From Chloroflexota bacterium (GTDB taxonomy: Bacteria; Chloroflexota; Dehalococcoidia; SM23-28-2; RBG-16-64-32), in assembly GCA_029262695.1 (NCBI GenBank), contig JAJCYV010000022.1, forward strand, positions 190,886 to 254,885: DNA of 64,000 nucleotides. The letters run 5' to 3'. Below are positions 31,608 to 42,593 of this stretch, one piece after another. How positions within the stretch are numbered: the stretch's first letter is position 1; every line of letters begins with the position of its first letter. The notes below the pieces were generated by a model that made no database searches, was not told the DNA's origin, and saw nothing but the letters and a program-made list of their open reading frames with translations. The position numbers and the translations under genes are program-made.

Positions 31608-31843
31608 TGCTTTCGTTCTCTTCTGTGGCTACAGTGTCGCAAGCGGCTCTCGCCGGTTTCTCGCCAGAAATCTCACCAGGCTACGCAATCTGCCCGCGGC
31701 GGCCGTTCAGGCCCTGGTCCTCGTAGCTCCACTTGATTGCGTTGCGTGTGCGATTCTTCATCTGGTTTCTTCCTTGCTACTGCTTTCGTTCTCTTCTGTG
31801 GCTACAGTGTCGCAAGTGGCTCTCGCCGGTTTCTCGCCAGAAA
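31608..31843 (-). promoter_or_regulatory. Duplicated ~63-bp upstream element (31608-31670 and 31781-31843) with GGCGAGA direct repeats
   Basis: TCTCGCC at 31648/31659 (plus TCTCACC at 31671) and at 31821/31832; 11-bp period. Confidence 0.8.
31681..31761 (-). CDS. Peptide E, MKNRTRNAIKWSYEDQGLNGRRGQIA (26 aa)
   Basis: First 12 residues identical to peptide D despite several synonymous third-position changes. Confidence 0.75.
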   Translation of the reverse strand: MKNRTRNAIKWSYEDQGLNGRRGQIA

Positions 31844-31914
31844 ATGTCCGTACCTGAGCCAGATACGAAGAAGCGGCCCGCGAAGGCCGCTCAGGTGTGT
31901 CTGGCGAGATTTTC

Positions 31915-34900
31915 TTATGCGCGTTTGGGCGAGCCGGCTCCGATCTCTCTGACGAGATCGTCGAAGTCGGCGACTTCGCCCGCCAGGTCGTCATCCTCAG
32001 ATACGATCTGTACGTAGCGGTTGTAGCAGTACTTCGCCGCTTCCGTCTGCTGCGCCTGTACGTAGTTGCTCATCAGGCGGTACCAGGCGGCCTCGTTGAA
32101 CTCGTCCAACTCGACGATCTTCTGGCAGATATCGGCGCTCTTCTTGAACTCACCGGCCTCGTTGTAGGCGGCCGAGAGGCTGCCGAGGAGGCTCATGTAC
32201 TGCTCTTCGAGCTGCCAGCGCAATGTTTCCGCCCATTCTGAGTAGAATTCGGGCGCAAACTGGCCCTTGTACAGGCTCACGGCTCGCTCCATCTGCTTCA
32301 GCGCCTCGTCTGTGGCCTCGGCTCCCGAAGCGGCCTCCAACGCCACCTGGAAGCGCTCCACGTCGAAAGCGAAGCTGCCGTTTGGGTCCAGCTGGTAACG
32401 CCCGGACTCCTTGGAGATGATGTCCTTGTACAGCGCCTTGCGCAGCCGGTACATGTTCGAATGAAAAGCGCTCGTCGTCTTCTCTTCGGTCATATCGGGC
32501 CACAGCGCAGCCACGATCTCCTCCTTGCGCAGCCCGCGGCGGTTGCAGAGGAAGAAGAAGAACATCTCGCGGCTCTTCTCGCTGCGCCACTCCAGGTCAG
32601 TGACCTCCTGGCCGTTGTACTCCACACGAGCGTGGCCGAACCCAAACCCCGTGACCGCCGCCTCGTCGGTAGCGACGCCGTCATCGGAATCGCCCTCGGC
32701 GGCCGGCGTGGCGCCCTTCATCAGCTTCTTCAGCCGGGCGTAGTAACCGTCCGCCGCCTTGTTCGCCGCGCCGTACTGGACGAGGAGCGGGTTACGGGCC
32801 GCCTCTACCAGCAAGAAGTGGTCATATCCCAGCTCCTTTACCAGTTCGGCCACCTTTTCCAGGTACTCCAGCGCCACCCGTTTCTTCTTGAGCGAGAAGT
32901 AGGCGCCCGCGGCGTGGAAGTAGGCCGCCGCCAGCTCTCGCCGGGCGTCCTTCTCGCGCAGGTACGGAACCGCCCGCTCCAGGTACTCGACGGCCTCCTT
33001 GAGTTCGCCCTGCTGGCGCTGGATCAGACCCTTCGTGACCAGGCAGATGCCCTGCTCCAGGTCGCCCTCGGTCTTCTCCGCTTCAGCGCTGGCCCGCCCC
33101 GCCCAGGACTCAGCCTGTACGAGGTCGCCCATCAGGCGGTGGGTGTTGGCGACGGCGTCCATGATGTACACACAGATGTAGGCGTCGCCGATGCTCCAGG
33201 CGTCGTCGAGGACCTCGTTGTAGGCATCGAGCGCGGCCTGGTGCTCACCCATCTCGCGCTGGATATCCGCCAGTGACGTGGTTAGGTAGACCTCTTTCTG
33301 CAGGTTGCTAGTGACGCGAACATGCTCAAGACCTTGTTCGTAGATCTCCTTTGCGCGGGCAAAGTCGCCCTGCAGGTAGTAGATCATCCCGAGGTTCACC
33401 AGAGTCTGCACCAGCCGGCCATCGTTGCCCAGCTGTGCACAGAGCTGTCGGGCGCGCTCCAGGTAGCCCACCGCCTCCGGTAGGCGCCCCATCAGGCCCA
33501 GCGAGCTACCGAGGTCCGCGCAAACGTAGGAGATGTTGTACACGTCGCCCACTGTCTCGTAGATATCGACTACCGCAGACAGTTCCTCGATGGCTTCCTT
33601 GAGGTCACCGCAACGGCTGAGAGTCGAGCCCAGCTCCTTACGTGCCTCCGTGACCGTCTCCTCCGGGGCTTCGTGCTCGCTCAGCAGATCGCACGCGCGC
33701 TGGAGGGCGTCCCGCGATTCGAGGTAGTCGCCCTTGACCCGCAGGCTCATGCCGCGCGTCACGAGCGCCTCCGCCAGCGGTACCCAGTCCTCCTTCTCCT
33801 CCAGCAACACGATCGCCTTCGAGACGAGCGAGAGAGCGGCATCGAGCTGGTTCAGGTAGTGCAGAACCCGCCCCTTCCAGAGCATCAGCTGCGGCTGCGA
33901 AGTCATCTCTTCCGCCGGCACGCTGCTCAGCCAGTCGGCCAGTGTGTCGAGCCTGCCCTCCTCGAACATTCGCCAGCCAACCTCTTGGGTTACTTCAATT
34001 ACGTTGTCCCAGGCCGCCGCCTGGATGTAGTGATAGACGGCGTCCTCCCAGCGCTCGTCACTCTCCATTCGCTGAGCGGCGAGCATGTTGAGTTCGCGAA
34101 ACTGCTCTCCGTTGTTGCTGCGGACGTGGCTCACAAGGAAGGCGCGGAGGAGGCTGTGGTAGCGGTAGCGGACGTCTCCGCCCTCCTCTTCGACGAGGGC
34201 GAGGTTAAGGTTCTGCAGCTGCGTCAGCTTCTCCTGCGCGTCTGAGCGCTCCAGCAGCTCATTGACAGACTCAACGCCAATCGTGCGCAGGACTGCGCTG
34301 CTCAGGAGGAACTCCTTGATCTCCGCCGAAAGCGGGTCAAACTGCTCCAGCGAGATGTACTGGAACAGCGTATCGGAGTGGTTCAGCTGCTCCAGGTCGA
34401 CGGAACCCGCCGACTGGACGCGGTCGGCCAGCAGGATCAGCGCGCCCGCCCAGCCCTCCGTAACGTTGGCCATATGCTGAGCATCGTCAAGCGAGATCTC
34501 GCGGCCGAGGACCTCGCGGAAGAGCTGCACGACCTCATCGCAGCTGAACTCGAAGTCGGCAGCGTACAGGCTTGATACTTCCTGGCGCACCGTCATCATC
34601 GGCAGAACGCCGATCTGCGGGCGGGTGCGGCTGCCGAGGATCACGTGGCAGCCCTGCGGCAGCCGGTAGAGCCACCCTTCGACCGCCTTTCGGGTCTCCT
34701 CCGTTGCCGCGTCCAGGTAGTGAAAGTCGTCGATGACGAACAGGTACTCTTCCTGTGGCTCACCGCAGGCCCGCACCATCAGCTCAGAGGCCTCCTCCGG
34801 CGTCACCGGGCCGCCGCTCTCGAGCGCCTTCGCCAGGCCCGAGCCGAAGCCGGGGAACGCCTGCTGGCCGGAGGCTACGAAGTAGCGGAGGAAGGTGTTC

Positions 34901-35217
34901 AGCTCGCGGTCACGCTCGTCGAGGCCGTACCAGCAGGCAGAGGCATCGCTTCCCTGCACGAAGTCCTGAAGGAGCGTCGTCTTGCCGTATCCGGCAGGCG
35001 CGCTGACGATGGCGATGCGGTTCTTCGACGCCTCGCTGAGCGCCTCGGCCGGCCGCTCTCGGCGCACTATCGACGGGCGCCGCTCGGGAAGCTTCACCTT
35101 CGCAACGAACGGGACCTCCAGGGAGCCGCCCTCGGGCGCGCTCGCCTTGCCCGCAGCGCCGGCTGCCGGGCCTCGGGACGCCGCGCGTCGCTTGCTCGTC
35201 TTCCCTTTTTCTGCCAT
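31915..35217 (-). CDS. MalT-like STAND ATPase - TPR - OmpR-type wHTH - BTAD transcription regulator
   Basis: SAPAGYGKTT, VIDDFHY, TEGWAG; TPR repeats; EEIVAALWPD..MYRLRKAL; DVERF, LYKGQF..SEW, E.AWYRLM. Confidence 0.9.
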   Translation of the reverse strand: MAEKGKTSKRRAASRGPAAGAAGKASAPEGGSLEVPFVAKVKLPERRPSIVRRERPAEALSEASKNRIAIVSAPAGYGKTTLLQDFVQGSDASACWYGLDERDRELNTFLRYFVASGQQAFPGFGSGLAKALESGGPVTPEEASELMVRACGEPQEEYLFVIDDFHYLDAATEETRKAVEGWLYRLPQGCHVILGSRTRPQIGVLPMMTVRQEVSSLYAADFEFSCDEVVQLFREVLGREISLDDAQHMANVTEGWAGALILLADRVQSAGSVDLEQLNHSDTLFQYISLEQFDPLSAEIKEFLLSSAVLRTIGVESVNELLERSDAQEKLTQLQNLNLALVEEEGGDVRYRYHSLLRAFLVSHVRSNNGEQFRELNMLAAQRMESDERWEDAVYHYIQAAAWDNVIEVTQEVGWRMFEEGRLDTLADWLSSVPAEEMTSQPQLMLWKGRVLHYLNQLDAALSLVSKAIVLLEEKEDWVPLAEALVTRGMSLRVKGDYLESRDALQRACDLLSEHEAPEETVTEARKELGSTLSRCGDLKEAIEELSAVVDIYETVGDVYNISYVCADLGSSLGLMGRLPEAVGYLERARQLCAQLGNDGRLVQTLVNLGMIYYLQGDFARAKEIYEQGLEHVRVTSNLQKEVYLTTSLADIQREMGEHQAALDAYNEVLDDAWSIGDAYICVYIMDAVANTHRLMGDLVQAESWAGRASAEAEKTEGDLEQGICLVTKGLIQRQQGELKEAVEYLERAVPYLREKDARRELAAAYFHAAGAYFSLKKKRVALEYLEKVAELVKELGYDHFLLVEAARNPLLVQYGAANKAADGYYARLKKLMKGATPAAEGDSDDGVATDEAAVTGFGFGHARVEYNGQEVTDLEWRSEKSREMFFFFLCNRRGLRKEEIVAALWPDMTEEKTTSAFHSNMYRLRKALYKDIISKESGRYQLDPNGSFAFDVERFQVALEAASGAEATDEALKQMERAVSLYKGQFAPEFYSEWAETLRWQLEEQYMSLLGSLSAAYNEAGEFKKSADICQKIVELDEFNEAAWYRLMSNYVQAQQTEAAKYCYNRYVQIVSEDDDLAGEVADFDDLVREIGAGSPKRA

Positions 35218-35436
35218 CCAAACCCCGGTCCGGGAGCCTGGTCCTCAGGACGCACTACGTGTGACCCGCACCGGCAGGGGGCTCCCTCACGATTGCTACA
35301 CGGCGCAGAGTCCGACACTGCGCCGTGTTCGATGACTTAGACGACGCGCTACCGTAACCGTTACACCAATAACCGGCCATTGCCCCGCCCAACCCGTGGC
35401 GCGACCGGGCCTGAACCCGTCTTGTAGACGTAACAG

Positions 35437-36480
35437 TTGACCGCCGAACGGGCCGGCGCGAAGATGGGGCAGATGAACCCTGGCGCCCCACCGGAACCGC
35501 CCCTCCCCTTCCGCCTCCGAGCAGCCCTCAAGCCCGCATTGCTCCTGGCGCTGACTGCGTCACTCGCACTGGCGGCGATGATCGGCCTCGGCGCCCACGG
35601 GACCGGCGCCGACCCCTCCTTCGACAGCGAGGAGCAGGCGTTCCTGGCGCTGATCAACGATTACCGCGCTCAGAACGGCCTTACGCCGAACGCCCGCGCG
35701 CCGCTGACCACGGACTGCCGCCTCAACGCCGCCGCCGACTGGTTCGCCAACGATATGGCGATCGACAACTATTGGCCGATTAATCACCACGACAACGAGG
35801 ACCCGCCGCGCAACCCGGCCGAGCGCGCGGCGGCGTTCGGCTTCAACGCCCCCGTTGGAGAGAACATCGCCGGGGGTTACACGACGGCGGAATCAGTGTT
35901 TGCGGCGTGGAAGGGGTCATCCGGCCACAACTCCAACATGCTCGGCAACTATGCGGCGATCGGTATCGGCCGGGCCTATCACCCCAACGCCCAATACGGC
36001 TGGTACTGGGTGACGGACTTCGCGGCCTACGTGCCGGCGCCCGCGCAACCGGCGTGCTCCCCACCGGCGACGCCTCCACCGGCAACGACCAGCGCTCCCG
36101 CGCCGACACCAACGCCCACACCGACGCCCACGCCCGCGCCGACGCCGACTCCGACGCCCGCGCCAACGGCTACGCCCGTCCCACCGCCTGCGCCGACGAC
36201 CGAACCGCTCATCTGGGGCGATACCAACTGCGCCGGCACCATCGGCCCGGTGGACTCGATCCGCGTGCTGCGGCTGGACGCCGGCCTGTTCACGACTACG
36301 CCAGCGGGGTGCCCGCCGATGGGCAGCGAGGTGTTCGTGGGCGGGATCATGCACCTCTGGGGCGACGTCAACTGCCGCAACGGCCCCGATCCGGTGGACG
36401 CGATGCTGATGCTGCGCTACGACGCCGGGCTGAGCGTCAACATTCCAGAAGACTGCCCCGGCCTGGGCGAACCGGTCTAG
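35437..36480 (+). CDS. Secreted CAP (SCP) domain protein with PT linker and dockerin-like tail
   Basis: LINDYR, GENIA, W..SSGH..NML, IGIG, YWVTDF; WGDTNC..VDSIRVLR / WGDVNC..VDAMLMLR; start may be 35464 or 35473. Confidence 0.85.
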   Translation: MTAERAGAKMGQMNPGAPPEPPLPFRLRAALKPALLLALTASLALAAMIGLGAHGTGADPSFDSEEQAFLALINDYRAQNGLTPNARAPLTTDCRLNAAADWFANDMAIDNYWPINHHDNEDPPRNPAERAAAFGFNAPVGENIAGGYTTAESVFAAWKGSSGHNSNMLGNYAAIGIGRAYHPNAQYGWYWVTDFAAYVPAPAQPACSPPATPPPATTSAPAPTPTPTPTPTPAPTPTPTPAPTATPVPPPAPTTEPLIWGDTNCAGTIGPVDSIRVLRLDAGLFTTTPAGCPPMGSEVFVGGIMHLWGDVNCRNGPDPVDAMLMLRYDAGLSVNIPEDCPGLGEPV

Positions 36481-37244
36481 CCCCGGCCTTCCTTTTCCAG
36501 CCGCGCCTTGCGCTGCGCCATGAGTCGCGTGTAAAGCAGTATGTCCTGGTCGCCGTAGGCCGCTTCGCCCATCTCCGATCCTCGCTTCAGCGCCTTCATC
36601 GTCGCCTTCGTCAAGGCCACCGGCAACGCCGGGTTCGCGATGATCGCGTCCGCCAGAGCGCGCGCCTTCGCCTCGACGCCATCGTCCGGCTCCAGGTGCG
36701 TGACGAGGCCGTACTCGTACCCGCGCTTGGCGTCGAAGCGCTCGCAGGTGATCGTCAGCTCCAGAGCACGCGCGTGGCCCATCTCCCGGGCCAGCCTCGG
36801 CAACGCGTTCCAGCCCAGCGGCAGGCCCAGCTCCACCTCCGGGATCGAGAACCACGTACTCTCGCCGGCGACACGCAGGTCGCAGCAGGCCGCGAAGACG
36901 AGCCCGCCGCCGATCGCAAACCCTCGCACGGCGGCGATCGTCACCTGACCCAGGTTCTCGATGTCGCCGGACGTGCGGCTGCCTACTCCCGAAACGTGGC
37001 GCACCTCCAGCTCGTTCGGCGAGCCGGGATCGCCCCACTCGCTCGTGTCGGCGCCGGCGGAGAAGACGTCTCCCTCGCCCGCGAAGATCACGACGCGCGT
37101 GTCGGTGTCGTCACGCAGCTTATGGCAGAGGTCCTGCAGGTCGGCATGCATCTGCCGGTTGATCGCGTTGCGCTTCCCGGGCCGGTTCAGGCGAACAGTG
37201 AGGAGCGCACCGTCGCGGGCCAGCTTGATCGTCTCGTAGTCCAT
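36477..37244 (-). CDS. Enoyl-CoA hydratase/isomerase family protein
   Basis: LNRP.KRNA, FSAGAD, AIGGG, CDLRVA, PEVELG. Confidence 0.93.
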   Translation of the reverse strand: MDYETIKLARDGALLTVRLNRPGKRNAINRQMHADLQDLCHKLRDDTDTRVVIFAGEGDVFSAGADTSEWGDPGSPNELEVRHVSGVGSRTSGDIENLGQVTIAAVRGFAIGGGLVFAACCDLRVAGESTWFSIPEVELGLPLGWNALPRLAREMGHARALELTITCERFDAKRGYEYGLVTHLEPDDGVEAKARALADAIIANPALPVALTKATMKALKRGSEMGEAAYGDQDILLYTRLMAQRKARLEKEGRG

Positions 37245-37311
37245 ATCTGCCTCCGGCGCACAGTCTACACCGCTACGGCTCAGAGGGCGCCTGCAAGCCC
37301 GCCAGCTCGGA

Positions 37312-38166
37312 CTAGCCCTGCCTCTTCAACTTCCCGGTGCGCTTGGCCCAGCGCTCGGCCACTGCGAACACGAACACGGAGAACGGCACGAGCAGGACGC
37401 CAAAGAGCGCGAGGATGCCCAGCGTCCCCGCCATCTCACCGACGCTATCGCCTCCGATGATCGCGCCGCGGATGCCGTCGAGAATGTACGTGGCGGGCGA
37501 GGCGTAGGAGAAGACCTGCAACCAGCCGGGAAGCACCTCGACGCTGTAGTAGACACCGGAGATCAGCAGCACGACCGCCTGCACCATGAACGACATCTGC
37601 GTTCCGCGCTCCGGATAGAGCAGCGGCAGCACGCCGGCGAGGATGCCCAGCCCGGCGATACTGAGGCTGCCGACGGCGATCACGGCGGCCGCCGCCACCC
37701 AGTCGGCCTGCGAGAAGTCGACGGCGAAGAACGGCAGGGCGATGGCGAAGATGAGGAGCGTGCGCACTATCGCATGCAGCACGCCGAACACGGACATGCC
37801 GACGAGGTGCACCCAGCGAGGCACGGGCGCCATCAGCGTATGCTCGATCGTCCCCTCCCAGCGCTCCCACGTGACGACGAGGCTGATGTCGTCGAGGACG
37901 GCTGAGAGGTAGGCCCAGACGAGCGTGCCCAGGAGGAGGAAGAGAACCAGATCGTTCGCGTCACGGGCGCCGGCGATCCCGGCCTGTTCCACCTCCTTGG
38001 CGATGAACGTGATCGCCAGCGTGTTGACCACGCCGTACACGAGCCACACCAGCTCCCACGCCCAGTAGCGCTTCCAGAGGTTCGTCTGCCGCTCCACGAA
38101 CGCCCAGGCCAGAGTCGCCGGCCCGGACGACCGTGGAGCGGCCATCGGATTCGTGAAACTAGCCAT
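37312..38166 (-). CDS. ABC-2 type permease
   Basis: WERWEGTIE, SGVYY...LPGWLQ; multi-TM. Confidence 0.9.
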   Translation of the reverse strand: MASFTNPMAAPRSSGPATLAWAFVERQTNLWKRYWAWELVWLVYGVVNTLAITFIAKEVEQAGIAGARDANDLVLFLLLGTLVWAYLSAVLDDISLVVTWERWEGTIEHTLMAPVPRWVHLVGMSVFGVLHAIVRTLLIFAIALPFFAVDFSQADWVAAAAVIAVGSLSIAGLGILAGVLPLLYPERGTQMSFMVQAVVLLISGVYYSVEVLPGWLQVFSYASPATYILDGIRGAIIGGDSVGEMAGTLGILALFGVLLVPFSVFVFAVAERWAKRTGKLKRQG

Positions 38167-39070
38167 GGGCCGCTACCTCCGCCGGCGCTTCATCCTCTTC
38201 GAGGTCGTGGCCGGTCAGCTCCATGAACACGTCCTCCATGTCGATCTCCTCCACCGGACGGCCGCGCGCCACCCGCTCGCGCAGCGCCAGCGGTGTCCCG
38301 CTGGCGACGATGCGTCCGCCGGCGATGAACGAGATGCGGTCGCAGAGGACCTCCGCTTCCTCCATGTCGTGCGTCGTCAGGAGGATCGTCGCGTCGTGGT
38401 CGCGCTGGACGTCGCGGATGAAGCGCTGGACGTCGCGCCGCGAGCGCGGGTCGAGGCCCGTCGTCGGCTCGTCCAGCAGCATCATCACCGGCGACGTGAG
38501 GAAGGAGCGCGCCACGGCCACCTTCTGCTGCTGCCCGCGCGAGAGGTGGTTCATCTGCTCGGCCGCCAGCTCCTCCGCGAAGCCCAGGCGCCGCAGCACG
38601 TCCGGCACCAGCACCCGGATCTCGCCGGGCGTCAGTCCGTAGATGCGCCCGAAGAAGAGCAGGTTTTCGTACGCCGACATGTTGCGGAAGAACGACGGGT
38701 CGGCCGACACGCGGTTGATCAGCGCGCGCACAGAGCCCGCTGCGCTGACGACGTCGTGGCCAAACACCTCGACGCTGCCGCTATCCGGCAGGAGCAGAGT
38801 GCTCAGCACGCGCACCAACGTGGACTTGCCGGAGCCGTTGGCGCCGATGAGGCCGAAGACTTCGCCGCGCCCCACCTCGAACGAGACGTCCTGCAGCACG
38901 TGCGCCACCGCCGGCGGGTTCGCCGTGACGGGCAGGCACCACGAAACGAGCTTGCGGTATTGAAAGCCGCCGCCAAAGTATTTGTTCAGGTTGGTCACCC
39001 TGAGTGCTTGCTGTTCCATCTCAGCCTCCCTGCTGGTCTCCGGGCTGTCCGGTCCGAATGATCGGCTCAT
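38159..39070 (-). CDS. ABC exporter ATP-binding protein (DrrA-like)
   Basis: GANGSGKST, LSRGQ, LLDEPTTGLD; start 39070 or 39019. Confidence 0.92.
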   Translation of the reverse strand: MSRSFGPDSPETSREAEMEQQALRVTNLNKYFGGGFQYRKLVSWCLPVTANPPAVAHVLQDVSFEVGRGEVFGLIGANGSGKSTLVRVLSTLLLPDSGSVEVFGHDVVSAAGSVRALINRVSADPSFFRNMSAYENLLFFGRIYGLTPGEIRVLVPDVLRRLGFAEELAAEQMNHLSRGQQQKVAVARSFLTSPVMMLLDEPTTGLDPRSRRDVQRFIRDVQRDHDATILLTTHDMEEAEVLCDRISFIAGGRIVASGTPLALRERVARGRPVEEIDMEDVFMELTGHDLEEDEAPAEVAAHG

Positions 39071-39111
39071 GCCCTGCCTCCGGTCTGTCAGTCGTGATCG
39101 CCGCGCACATG

Positions 39112-39143
39112 AAAAAACCCACTACGCCGCTGCGGTAGTGGGT
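39112..39143 (-). terminator. Leader terminator upstream of the ABC operon
   Basis: ACCCACTAC-CGCAGCGGC-GTAGTGGGT + T run on the minus strand. Confidence 0.8.
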
Positions 39144-39170
39144 CGAGAATCGAGTTCCGCTCAGGCTAAG

Positions 39171-39281
39171 TTAGGTGGTCGCCTCCAGGCTGAATGCACT
39201 CGCCCCACGTACGCGCACGACACCGCTAAGCGCGGTCGCCGCGCCGTGCGGATCGCTGAAGATGCCGGTGCAAATGTGCAT
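39171..39281 (-). CDS. Putative leader peptide MHICTGIFSDPHGAATALSGVVRVRGASAFSLEATT
   Basis: GGGAG upstream; lies between promoter and terminator. Confidence 0.5.
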   Translation of the reverse strand: MHICTGIFSDPHGAATALSGVVRVRGASAFSLEATT

Positions 39282-39314
39282 CTAGACGAGTGCTCCCTTC
39301 ATAGAATCCACCGC

Positions 39315-39343
39315 AGCGTAACAGCGGCTCAGAAGGCTGTCAA
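39315..39343 (-). promoter_or_regulatory. Sigma70-type promoter
   Basis: TTGACA-17 bp-TACGCT. Confidence 0.7.
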
Positions 39344-39361
39344 CGGAAGTCCGGCGCTGCC

Positions 39362-39577
39362 CTACTGCGTGTAGCGCTCGTCGACCACTTCGCCGTCCGC
39401 GAGGCTGACGCGCACATGTGGCTCACCGCCGCGAATCGCCGTGTCCGCCAACGGAAAGTAGACGTGCAGGATGTCGCCTTCCAACTCTGCGACCGTGTCT
39501 CGCCCCTCAAGCGACATCACGCCCTCGTACTCGACTCGGGCGCGGGCGATCTCGATGGCGCGCTCGCGGCTGATCAC
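39362..39577 (-). CDS. Small protein resembling NTF2-fold immunity/PepSY-like proteins
   Basis: AIEIA...V.F....GG..V.V...GEV pattern. Confidence 0.55.
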   Translation of the reverse strand: MISRERAIEIARARVEYEGVMSLEGRDTVAELEGDILHVYFPLADTAIRGGEPHVRVSLADGEVVDERYTQ

Positions 39578-39891
39578 GTGGTTCCTTCCGAGGCTACAAA
39601 CACCAGAATCATGGCCCTCTGCCGGGGCGTGTCAAACGAGGTGGCATCTCGATAGTTGCGCAGTGCTGACCCACCACCGACGCGGGCCCGCACCGTGCTA
39701 AACTTCGCACAACGTTCGTCCGGACACGCATGACGTTTATCCGGACAGAGGAGGGCCATCGATGAGAAGTACAGAGCTCCTGATGCGCCCCGGCGTCCGA
39801 GCGGCTTAGCCACAGCAACCGCCGCTCGACTTCGGGTGCGCTCCTACCCGACCGTCGTTTCGAATAGCGCCAACCCCATGCCTTTTCGGCC

Positions 39892-40572
39892 GTGGCGGCG
39901 GCGCTCCACCACAAGGAGCACTTCTTGTCTAAACCTGTCTCACGCCAGACGCCCAACCACGTACCCGATCCAGTCGCCCCCATCGCCGATCTCATGTCCG
40001 CGTTTTCCGCCCCGTGGGCGCTATGCGGGGGCTGGGCGGTCGACGCCTGGCTCGGCCGCCAGACCCGCGACCACGGGGACGTCGATATCTCGGTGTTCGT
40101 CCAGGATCAGCGGGCGCTCTTCGATCACCTCGCCGGTTGGCAGCTGGTCGCGCATGACCCCCACGTTGACGGCGGCACGTCCGAGCCATGGGACGGCCGG
40201 CGCCTCGATCTGCCCGGACACATCCACGGCCGCCTTGACGCGGGTGAAGGACTACCGGACCGCGTCGACGCTGCGTCGCAGCAGGGTTTCAGCCTGGACG
40301 TCCAGTTCGGCGACCGCCCTGGCGACGATTGGATTCTGTCGCGCCAGCCCCACATCAGCCTTCCCCTGCAGAAGGGCGTTCGGCAATCGCCGTGGGGTCT
40401 GCCGACCGTCGTCCCCGAAGTCCTGCTCTTCTTCAAAGCACACGAACTCCGCCGCCGCGACAGGCTCGACTTCCTCGCCACTCTCCCACACCTCACCCGG
40501 GAACAACGAGAGTGGCTCCGGAACGCGGTCTCCCTCATGGGCCACCCGTGGCTGTCTGAGCTCTCTCCTTAG
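39892..40572 (+). CDS. Nucleotidyltransferase (ANT(2'')/Lnu-like family)
   Basis: GGWAVDAWLG..TR.HGDVDI, PEVLLFFKA; start uncertain. Confidence 0.8.
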   Translation: MAAALHHKEHFLSKPVSRQTPNHVPDPVAPIADLMSAFSAPWALCGGWAVDAWLGRQTRDHGDVDISVFVQDQRALFDHLAGWQLVAHDPHVDGGTSEPWDGRRLDLPGHIHGRLDAGEGLPDRVDAASQQGFSLDVQFGDRPGDDWILSRQPHISLPLQKGVRQSPWGLPTVVPEVLLFFKAHELRRRDRLDFLATLPHLTREQREWLRNAVSLMGHPWLSELSP

Positions 40573-40665
40573 CCTTCGCCCACCACCCGGTAGTGGGTCA
40601 GCGTGACTGACTCACTACCGCCATCGCTCGAAGGCGCAGCCGCCGCTACACTGGAAGTACCCCTT

Positions 40666-42498
<1,833 letters not shown>

Positions 42499-42593
42499 AT
42501 CCGCCCCCAAATCAGGTACGCCCGAACCTGAGCGCAGCGCCCCTGCCAGCCAAACGATAAGGAAACGCGCCGCGCGTGCCGTAAAATAGGGGC

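Noticed and set aside
31500-31843. Possible CRISPR array
   Set aside because: Only two long units, each containing an ORF; no repeat-spacer periodicity and no cas genes
39892-40572. Bona fide aminoglycoside resistance gene
   Set aside because: Only family-level motifs; substrate cannot be inferred from the sequence
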